Below, piece after piece: positions 11,752 through 20,533 of a stretch of 64,000 nucleotides of DNA. The position numbers and the translations under genes are program-made. The notes beneath the pieces are model-generated. The model did no database searches and was not told where the DNA came from. It was given only the letters and a program-made list of their open reading frames with translations. The stretch's first letter is position 1, and each line of letters begins with the position of its first letter. The stretch is from Rhodosorus marinus CCMP1338 (Eukaryota > Plantae > Rhodophyta). The stretch is taken from positions 744,001 through 808,000 of the forward strand of contig JAMWBK010000006.1 in the NCBI GenBank assembly GCA_029953675.1, given 5' to 3'.

Positions 11752-11981
11752 TGTAAGGCATGCTGCAAATGGGCCGAGGAAAGAGAGGTTTTCGGTGTGA
11801 GGATACATTAAGGACATCATAACACGTCCATATATGTGCTTTAATTTTGACATTTAGACAAGAATTAGAAATACATTGTCAAGAGCACAAGTCCGGCAGC
11901 TGTGCACACAATAAATAACCGGAAGACTGGAAAGGAACGTCTATGGCGAATTTTTCGCCTCCTATGCCGTTGATGCCTATT

Positions 11982-12839
11982 CTAAAACCAATGAGGGAAA
12001 ACTTCTATGGACGACTCAACAGGATCTTCTCCGAAGTACACCTTCCTCAACTGTGTCTGGGAAGGACTGTTTACGCCTAGTGAGCGCCTCTTACGAATGA
12101 CTTGAACACCGCGTCCTTGCACATACCACACACCAAGAGAGACTAGCGGGATCAGGAACACTGCAAACACGAGGTTGAACGCAATGTGCTCCCAGATCTT
12201 CATGCTTTGCTGGAACTGGAAGGTAGAACCAAAGAGCATTATATACTGTGAGCGAGGTGTTAAGGGTGAAAGTGAGAAAGTCTGTCATCTTACCCCGTAA
12301 GGCCACCATCCATCGTTGATTTTCGCACAGAGAAGGGACCAGGATGCGAAGAATACCATGTAGCCTTCGGTGGCTAGGATATCGGATACTGGTCCTCGTT
12401 CAGCCTTCTCTCTGAATAGAACTTCGTACACTGCAAATACGAGCGCAGGCCCATGAAGAAAATGCATGTAAAAGTCGAAGTCCTCAACCTGCGCTGCACG
12501 GTCCCGTGTCATTGGATCGAAATGCACAACCGCGTAATACATCCCTCCCATAAGTATACCCAAAGTGCAAACAAGTCCGCTGAGCCTTTCAACCATCCCA
12601 GCGAAGACTCTGACCTGCTTGCCGAGCATGTAGTCTACCACACACAAGCACAAGTACAGGAGGATGATGAAATTGGTCTGCACAGTCAGGAACACAAAGT
12701 TTCCGCCAAAGTTGTTGGCAGGTCTATCATCTCTATCCGGAGACCACAGCATCTGCGTAGACGTTATCCCAATAAACAAAAACAGCACCAACATGTACAG
12801 CGTCGGCTGCACCTTGTGCACAGCAAGATCCATCCCCAT
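11982..12839 (-). CDS. FAR-17a/AIG1-like (ADTRP/AIG1 family) multi-pass membrane protein, copy 2, 259 aa
   Basis: Exons 12839-12294 and 12215-11982 (78-nt GTAAGA...TTCCAG intron) join in frame. Hydrophobic helices with GGNFVFLTVQTN (Thr), MHFLHGP (His) and WWPYGF, as expected for FAR-17a/AIG1 proteins. Confidence 0.8.
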
Positions 12840-13234
12840 TCCAATGAAAAACGAAATACAAACTAGAAAGGCGCCCTTCCCTAAACAAACTAGTTCTCAC
12901 CCATGCGTATCACTCTCACGAACAGAACCATACTCTACCTCTGCTCTACATCTCTACGAGCCGGAGCGGGGAAAGCCTAATACTGATCGATCCATTTATA
13001 AGCCGTTGGTGCTTGCCAGTTCAGGAACCAGCATGCGGGTCCACGACTTCGGCTATTTGCGTTACGGCCAAACTGTCTCTGATCGAAGGAGCCTGGTGCG
13101 AATGAATGGGTCTAGTTGCAAGAAACCTGTGAGTTCATAGCTTGAAAGTTATCACTTTCATCTATTTTTAGATTTAAGGGGCCTAGTTTACTTCAACCCA
13201 CCCCCCCTGCCCCCCGCTCCCTTCACCCCCAGAG

Positions 13235-13427
13235 TTGAATGAATTGGTTTAATCGGAGGCTGAAAGAAAAAAAAACCGAGTGGAAACAAAAGACTAAAGG
13301 CGACGAAGATCGCGCGCCTCCACCATCAAGCAGGGTTCGCCACAGCAAGGAACTTAAACGGGTAAACAACGAGGATAGACTGTCAAGGCGTTCCGAAACC
13401 AAAAAGAACCACCGGAATCCATAAACC
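13235..13427 (-). mobile_element. Short 3' fragment of the CRE-like element
   Basis: Carries the intact terminus CAGCCTCCGATTAAACCAATTCATTCAA. Confidence 0.9.
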
Positions 13428-14140
13428 GAGAGAACTCAGTTAAAGCCCTCTCAATTGAGGCGAGCGATGATAATGATTTATGAATATTTCAAGAAGATGA
13501 CTAACAACCTGACTCCGGATTCTACCCGTCCGAACAGTGAATGATTTTGTTTTTGGGGGGGGTGGTCAGCCGTTAAATCCTGCAATTATTGTCTTTGTAT
13601 ATTTTTGTGAAGGGGCCGGGGAACTCGAAATCCCTGAGAACCTGTCATAATGTGTAGCCCCGGAAAAAGAGTGTTGAGATTTTCTTTAAAAACGTAGTAC
13701 AGTCGGAGGAGGAAAAAAAAAAGCTGAATACGTTCCACATTTCGCAATGGAGGAAAACAGGCTTGAATTGGGGAGCGGTGCATAACGAGGAGCGGTGCAT
13801 AACGATGATCGTTGCGTGAAGTCCGTTCCAAGCGGGAAACTTTCGATTTGTGATACTCAGCGCTCTCTTATGAATGAACCCTTTCATTCTTCCAAGACTC
13901 CAGTTCCGTACGTATCTAAAAAGCGTTTTGAGAGCGGACGGGCCCAAAACACGTGGGAGCATTGTGAGAAACGGTGAAGCGTGCGGATCGTCATATTTTC
14001 ATCTATTCGCTTTTTGCGCTGCTCGTCTTTTGAACTAAAATAAATCTCTGCCTCGCAGGGCGCCAGCGCCATCAACATACATGACCTGGACACGGTCAGG
14101 GCAAACCGACCAATATAAGAAAATTGCACTACGTTTTCAT

Positions 14141-14637
14141 TGGGTCTCCGGCTCAACTATTGGCTGCGAAGTCTTCCACCGCAATGGGGAGCGTGGATTG
14201 GTGATAAGGCGGACGAGGCGACGCTAACACATTGGGGCACATTCCTAGACGAACCAGTTTCTTCGGCACCTGAAGGGACCTGGTACGGGCTCCCTTCTGC
14301 CGCTCTCCGCAGGGGGGCAGCAGCTTCTGTACTTCGCCGCGTGAAAGAACGACGGGGCGCTGAGAGCGTGGCCAGTCTTCCCCGGGAAGAGGGCCGGTCT
14401 CACAGGTTCCACCCTTTCATTGTGGAAACCTTTGGGCATCTGGAAAAGTCATGCTTGGAGTGGCTACGTAAGTGTTCAACCGAACATCCTGAAGAATTTC
14501 TGGTGCTTATCCGCCGTTTAAGTATCACATTGTGGGGGTATCCTAGCAACATGCTCGCCGAGGCGCACCAATGTCGCCTGGGCTTACATGCTCTTCTTCC
14601 TAGCCCCTAGTTTCCTGCTAATAGAGCCAGTAAAACC
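14141..14637 (+). mobile_element. Second CRE-like subfamily, internally deleted 3' fragment
   Basis: LRLNYWLRSLPPQWGAWI...GTFLDE parallels RLTYWLRSLPTHWGRWL...GYFLDE of the full-length RT. It is then fused to HRFHPFIVETFGHL...WLR...RLSITLW (endonuclease C-terminus) and has a distinct 3' UTR. Confidence 0.75.
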
Positions 14638-14879
14638 GCCACTTTTTCATTGATCCGTGTCACACGAAAGGTTTTAGGTCAATTCCGGCAGCATGGAGCG
14701 TGATCCCAAAGGCTTGGAGGCATGAGAACGTCTGAAAGTCAATCCGCATTGAATCCGACACCCTAGAGTTGAACGGTTGTCTGTCCTGGAAATCCACCAA
14801 AATATTGAGAATCCACTCAAGACGAAAGTAAAAGCCACCCCTCTGCAGAATCCTCGCTCAAACCCTTGCAACTCTCTCC

Positions 14880-15200
14880 GTCATGCCCGGATATTCCTTA
14901 CCCTACCCTAGCCTCCTGCTCGCAGTCCGTGTTGCTTGGAGTTGCTGCCTTGTGAGGGTTAACGCTGCCTCGGTCGATGCGCCTCTGTCGCCGTGGACCT
15001 CGCACCCCCACCGCCGATGATAGTTCATCGGGAGCGAACGGGGGTTTTGGTAGCGAAAGCAAGACGACAACTGAAGGAGTCTTAATACGCTGAGGTGATG
15101 ACTCATCCAACTTTCGGAATTCGGCGCTGTCACCTCGGTTTGTATCGCTGAGTCCCGAGATGTAGTATCTGTATTCTATCAACTGCAGCTACGTGATGCA
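14880..15200 (-). mobile_element. Family C (LTR-like) fragment
   Basis: Reverse complement contains CCCTCACAAGGCAGCAACTCCAAGCAAC...GGCTAGGGTAGG, as at 35645-35710. Confidence 0.65.
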
Positions 15201-15399
15201 TCTAAACTTTAGATGCTTTTGGCATATAGATTTTTCTGGAGGGGTTTGTCTCTGGTTATTGGCTTGCAACTCCCAGTCAAAGCACTTTGCTCAGGTTTTG
15301 CACTGCTTTCTGTTGCATAGCACCTCTTCCACCCGCGTCTCCCTTTCCGGTCCTCAGGGTAGATAGCCTCTGAGTAAGTTGTTGTGTGTTCAAGGAAAC

Positions 15400-16230
15400 A
15401 GTCTTCCGATTTTCATATATCGTTGGTTGCCTGACTATGTCCACGTTTATCATATTGATGGGTGCCGGACTGTGTCCGCGTTTCGCATATCAGTGATCAT
15501 TGCCTACCATGAACGGGGATGCTTGACAGTAACGGGCTCGATCACGTCAAGACTTTTTTTAATCTTCTCAAGGAGGCATCGGAGCTGGTGTGCGGAGGCG
15601 CTAACCAACGCTGAGGCCTTGCAGTCTACGATCGCTTATCGGTCTGTTCCACGTTGTTATAGAGGTCTTCGGATACGTAGATAGCGCTAGGGATGCTTGG
15701 TTGGGTGGAGTGGTATCGCGACCGCCCTGGTGCTCCTTCCCGACTGTGTGTAGGCTGACACTCTGGCGCTTAGGGCTGCCCTAGTCTTTCGAAGCACGCT
15801 CTCTACTATTCTGGGGCGTCCGGCTCAATGCGGATTAACTTTCTGACTTGCCCATGCTTGCAAATCTGTGCCATCGGCGCTGGGGTTGCATGCTTCCCTC
15901 CCTAGTTATTAGTTCATCTTCACGCCTGGCGTAGCGCTTCAGGCTATGCTAGTAAAGTCCAGTAAAAAAACAACTCTTCCAATTTTGGAAGACTTTTTCA
16001 AAGTGCCTGACTGTGTCCCCGTTTCGTATATCAACGGTGATCGCCTACCATTAAGTGGGATGCCTGACAGGAGAGCTCGATCAAGTCAAGACCTCTAAAC
16101 TTGTCAAGGGGGCAAAAGGAGTTAGTGTGTACATGGAGGCGCTAACCAACGGAGGCTTTGCGGTCTGCGCTCGCTTATCGGTTTGGTCCACTTGTTATAG
16201 AGACTTCGGATTCGTAGATAGTGCTTCGGG
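15400..16230 (+). mobile_element. Two diverged direct copies (15400-15690, 15965-16230) of an LTR-element 3' internal region, with a family C LTR start (~15710-15830) and a subfamily-2 CRE tail (15830-15960) between them
   Basis: Direct repeat visible (e.g. GGAGGCGCTAACCAACG, CGCTTATCGGT, CGTAGATAG). A purine-rich GGGTGGAG precedes TGGTATCGCGACC. Confidence 0.5.
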
Positions 16231-16324
16231 CATTTTTTAAAATGGGTTACGTAAATGCAGCTGTGGTATTGTGCAAGGGGCGGCACTCTCACGTGAGGGG
16301 TACTAAATAAAGCAATCCTAGCAC

Positions 16325-16570
16325 AAGAGAAAATAAAAAAAGTGTAAAAAAAGGTGCTAAGAGGTCAGAAAGTATTAAAAGCATAATAAGTATAACACGT
16401 ATGGTAAAAAGTATAAATAGTAAAATAGGTAAATATAGAAAAAATAAGTAACCACAATAAAAGTATAAATAGAAAAATGGGTAAAAAAGAAAAAATATGT
16501 AACCAATGTAAAAAGTATAAATAGTAGAAACATTAAGTAAAAATAAGTTATAGTATTACATGGTAAGTAT
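16325..16570. repeat. A-rich low-complexity tract with recurring AAAAGTATAAATAG
   Basis: The motif occurs three times in nearly C-free sequence. Confidence 0.6.
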
Positions 16571-16577
16571 AATAATA

Positions 16578-16963
16578 TTGAATGAATTTTGTTTAAGCGG
16601 AGGCTCAGGGACAAAACCTAAAAAAAGAGCTAAGCGCAGCGAAGATCGCGCTGCTCCAACATCAAAGCAGCGTTCATACGCCACAGCAAGAAAACTTAAA
16701 CGGGTAAACAACGAGGACAGACGGTCAGGGCTGTCGCGGAACAATTCCCGAAGCCAACGAGAACCAACGGAATCCGTAACAAACCCAAAGCACTCAGGGA
16801 CCAGAGGTATCAGGCGATGAGATAGAGCCGAAGCACGAAGGGCTGGGGAAGACAGAAGCCCCGCAAATTTATACTCTTTGCGACGTCTCATATTGGCAGC
16901 GGCAAGTCCACGGCGCTTACCCGCAGCCGGCAAATAGCGACTATAGCCTGAGGATTAGGAACA
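16578..16963 (-). mobile_element. 3' fragment of the CRE-like element
   Basis: YLPAAGKRRG..RRRKEYKF...LIPLVPECFG; ends AATTCATTCAA. Confidence 0.9.
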
Positions 16964-17143
16964 ATAATAATATGAGGTTTGTGCAGGAGACGAATTCGCC
17001 CATCCCCGAAACGGGGGAACATAAGTGTGCAATATTTCGATTTTGCCTATGCTCTGTTGGATAAAAAAAGTTGCCATGAACCAGGAGGTGGAATTTCCCG
17101 TTTACTGCGGCCATACCCTCAAAAGCAACCCCAGCCTTGTTCA

Positions 17144-17287
17144 TTGTTTACCCGTTCAAGTTTCTTGCTGTGGCGTATGAACGCTGCTTTGATGTTGGAG
17201 GCGCGCGATCTTCGCCCCGCTTAGTCTGTATTTTTCCCCTCGGCTTTTTTTTCTTTCAGCCTCCGATAAACCAATTCACGCGTTCAT
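17144..17287 (+). mobile_element. Short 3' fragment of the CRE-like element
   Basis: LFTR..FLLWRMNAALMLEAR plus the 3' UTR. Confidence 0.85.
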
Positions 17288-17739
17288 TGCACGGAATCGA
17301 CCAGCTTGGCTTAGGACCAGTTTTGAATTGAGGCGTAATTCAATGATTGGCTAATTTACAAGACTACGGCAATGTATTGGATACACTGAAAATGATTAAA
17401 TTGTATAAATTAGTATTTTAATGGATAGCCTATTTGTATTCTTTAATTAGAATAATGGCTACCAATGATAAAGAATAATAATTTCTCAAGCGATTATGAA
17501 TGGTGACCGTGAACCGGAAGCCTCTTCTATTGGTCATACAACTTGCATATATATATTTTTCTTGCGTTTTGCAATATACTTAATTGGCAGCAGTCAGATA
17601 GAAGCTAGCCTACAATTGGGAACGCGGACGGATGGCTATGGGTTGACATATTCTGCTGCTAGCATGCACGAGGTCAAAGAGTAAACTGCATGTTCCGTTC
17701 ACACAGTCTAGTAGAGCTACTACGATACAGGTGGCGAGG

Positions 17740-18130
17740 GGAAAGGACTGCGCCCTGGGTTGCAACTTCCGGATGTCAACGCGGGCAGCGTCCGCAGTAT
17801 GACGGGGTCAAGGCTAAGTTTATCTGCAAGCATTGCGACGACCTGCCGGTAAGCAACAGAGTTGAACGCCTCAAGAGGCGCTCGTGCAGAAGTGCGATCG
17901 GTACATGATCGCAGGTGACGCCCCCTCAGCCAGTGGGGTATCCACTTCAACGCCAGAGCCCGGCCGTTCAAGCATCGCTTGGAAAGCAGAAAGCTCGAGG
18001 GAGTGGACATAACTGAGTTTTGTCCGCCCATGAAGAAACGAAAGCAAGCAGAAGAGCTCGGCCATAAGCTTGCAAGGATTATGGCCCTACGGAACCCACC
18101 GTTTCGGCTGGTTGAAGACCCGGGGGTGGG
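17740..18130 (+). pseudogene. hAT-type transposase N-terminal remnant (BED zinc finger), frameshifted
   Basis: KFICKHC...RLKR.LVQKC followed, after frameshifts, by KLARIMALRNPPFRLVEDPG, resembling the hAT 'LPF..VE.PGF' motif. Confidence 0.65.
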
Positions 18131-18519
18131 AAAGTAGGTTTGAAAACTCGTGCTCCTGCTTGTCGTGTCCATTCTTTCCAATAAGGGCTGAGTTTCAAAG
18201 TTTTTTTTCCCAGTTCCTTTAAGATATTAGGATATCAACTACCCAAAGGGAGGGATATCCCGGCGCTGACAAACGCTTTCAAAAGAGACGGGAGAGCGGA
18301 AGAAACGTTTATCAAGCTTCACAAATCTTAACCCTCATCACGTACGTAAATTTGGGACTCATTGCCTCCGCTTCTACTTTATGACTCTCCCTCGGCCTTT
18401 CAATGCTCTTGTGAGAAGAATGATGATCCCATTTCCTCAAGAAATTTAATGATCTGCAAACTGGGACATCCTCCCATTCGAGCTCAAGCAACTCTTCTAT
18501 TCATACCCTATGCATGTTT

Positions 18520-18951
18520 TGGTCACTTTGACGACGTCGTACGGCGGAGATAGCCGCCGTACGACGTGTGTTGATCTTGCCGTTGGTAACACTCAGGCTA
18601 GCTATTTGCTGGCTGCGGGAGAGCGTCGTGGATTTCCGCTGCCAGTATGAGACGTCGCAAAGAGTTGAAATATGCGGGGCCTTTCTCTTCCCCAGGCATT
18701 CGTGCTTCGGCTCAGCTCATCGCCTGGTACAACTGGTCATTGAGTGCTTTGGGTTTATGGATTCCATTGGTTCTCGGTGGCTTCGGGAATTGTTCCGCGA
18801 ACGTCCTGACCGTCTGTGCTCGCTTACTCGTTTCAGTTTCTTGCTTTGGTATGAACGCTGCTTTGATGTCGGAGGCGCGCGATCTTCGCCGGGCTTAGTC
18901 TTTTTTTCTCCCTCGGGGTTTTTTTTTCAGTCTCCGATTAAACAACTTACC
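18520..18951 (+). mobile_element. Older 3' fragment of the CRE-like element, directly upstream of the full-length copy
   Basis: VDLAV..ASYL.AAGERRG..RRRKELKY..ECFG...; degenerate tail. Confidence 0.9.
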
Positions 18952-19120
18952 TCATTTCATTCTATGTTGAAGTGGCGTCGGCGCGTCGACCCTTGGTTTC
19001 GTGAGGGTGTATGGTGCTGGCTTTTGGTGGTTTTGAGTCGCAATTGTGTTCTTCGGTGGGAGGCGCTTCTTTCTGCAGCCTTTCCCCCGCATCTTCTAGT
19101 GGTGTGGTGCGTGCTGGGGG

Positions 19121-20533
19121 TTGCTAGCGCCCCTTGGAGGTCGTGGTGGTTTTTCTTTGGTTGCAAACGTTGGGAACAAGTTCTCTTTTTGGGGGTTTCG
19201 TGGGGGAATCGGTTTTTCACACCTTCCAATCGTTATGGTTGGGGTTTCCCCACCCATTCCGGCGGACGGAGCCGTTCTCTCAGCGCGCGTGGAGCTCTGC
19301 GTGGGCGGGTTTAGTACCGCGGCCACCCTCACGGACTGCGCTGACGAGTTAGCCCATGGGATCTGCTCGAAACTGACGAGTCTTCTTGTGACTGCTTCCC
19401 AGGAACACCGCCTGCCCCTGCTGATCGCCTATTTGGAGCGCTTCTCCGCCTCCGCGCCTGCCCCATACCCCCCGGTGCCCGTCCCCGCGGATCCGCACGG
19501 TACAGCGGGGCCTGCCTCCACCCGACCCGAGCGCTCCGCTCCGGTCATTCCTGATTCCGACTGGCCTACCCCTATTCAAGGACAGACGCCTCCTGGGCCC
19601 GCGTCGGGCCCGAATCCTGCTCCCTCCAGTGCCCCACGTGCGACCTATTCGCAGGTCCTACGCAGGGGCTCTTCTGAACAACGCACGACGGCAATGGTGC
19701 GTATGATGCCACAACACATCCCTATTGACTCTTCTCGTCAACTATCTCCGTTACACTTTGTTTGGATGACGAACGTGCGTCCCCAGACCCCCTCTCCTGG
19801 TCGGGGCCGCGCGCCCGTCCACTACCGCGATTTTCGCGACACCATGGCTTCCTCCCTTGGGGTCGCCCCGTCTGAATTCCTATATGTGGACTTCACGGGC
19901 CCTCATGCCTGTTTTCTTGTTACTGACTCGGCTTACCAGTTCCTTCAATCGCTTGTAACCACCCCCGCGCCCCAGCGCTCTGCTCTGGCCAACATGATAC
20001 TGACTCGTCCTCATGTCTCTTTGTTTGTCGAGTTCGATCGTTTTGACGCCGGCTGGGTTCCACCGTCGGCCTTGCAAAACCTGGATGCCTCTCAGGCTTC
20101 GGTTGTCGCGCTACACACTCATGCGGCGCGGCTCTCGCGCATACAGGCGAGCCTCTTCGCGCGTTTTCCTCCTCGCGGGGTCCTCCGCACCGCGCTAGAG
20201 GCCTTCCTCTCCACTGAGGCCACCCTGCTGGAAGCCCACCCTGCGTTTGACCTTCTGCCGCCGACTCTTGAGCACCCTTCCTCCCCTCGCCCTGTCTCCG
20301 AGGCTCGTGACACCGACATGGCAGAAGCACCATCGGCCTCTCCGAATCCGCTGGCTCTGGACACCCTCAGTCAAGACTCCGCTGCTGAAAACCCTGTGTC
20401 TACTTTCTTCAGGTCTTTTAGTTCCTTCGTGCGCCCTCCACGTAAGCGTCGTGCGGCTCCTGAGCCTCCCTCCGAGGCACCTCCTCCGGATATTCGATCT
20501 GCCTTCCCGACTGAGGGGAGGCCCGATGTCTGA
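19121..20533 (+). CDS. ORF1 of the retroelement (470 codons open; first ATG at 19235), Pro-rich linker and putative RRM-like nucleic-acid-binding domain
   Basis: Long uninterrupted ORF with an ATYSQVLRR motif and a beta/alpha pattern (LHFVWMTNV...FLYVDFTGPHACFLV). Its TGA overlaps the ORF2 ATG. Confidence 0.75.
   Translation: MLAPLGGRGGFSLVANVGNKFSFWGFRGGIGFSHLPIVMVGVSPPIPADGAVLSARVELCVGGFSTAATLTDCADELAHGICSKLTSLLVTASQEHRLPLLIAYLERFSASAPAPYPPVPVPADPHGTAGPASTRPERSAPVIPDSDWPTPIQGQTPPGPASGPNPAPSSAPRATYSQVLRRGSSEQRTTAMVRMMPQHIPIDSSRQLSPLHFVWMTNVRPQTPSPGRGRAPVHYRDFRDTMASSLGVAPSEFLYVDFTGPHACFLVTDSAYQFLQSLVTTPAPQRSALANMILTRPHVSLFVEFDRFDAGWVPPSALQNLDASQASVVALHTHAARLSRIQASLFARFPPRGVLRTALEAFLSTEATLLEAHPAFDLLPPTLEHPSSPRPVSEARDTDMAEAPSASPNPLALDTLSQDSAAENPVSTFFRSFSSFVRPPRKRRAAPEPPSEAPPPDIRSAFPTEGRPDV

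Larger units (their letters stand above)
9310..11824 (+). mobile_element. Ty1/copia 3' remnant, copy 2: RT end, RNase H, PPT and LTR (10030-11824, interrupted at ~10451-11755)
   Basis: TGYSDASWA...YRSWTQRSIAQSTAKAEYQA matches copia YSDADWA...SWKSKKQ..STTEAEY. PPT GAGGGGGAG (10021-10029) is followed by TGTTGG, and the LTR ends ATAACA. Confidence 0.85.
13100..14830. repeat. Unit B, copy 2 (interrupted by two retroelement fragments)
   Basis: Homologous to 8140-9290 and 27590-28503. Confidence 0.7.

Noticed and set aside
18568-19314. 248-aa ORF
   Set aside because: Chimeric read-through of a decayed endonuclease fragment, a 3' UTR and the next element's 5' region.
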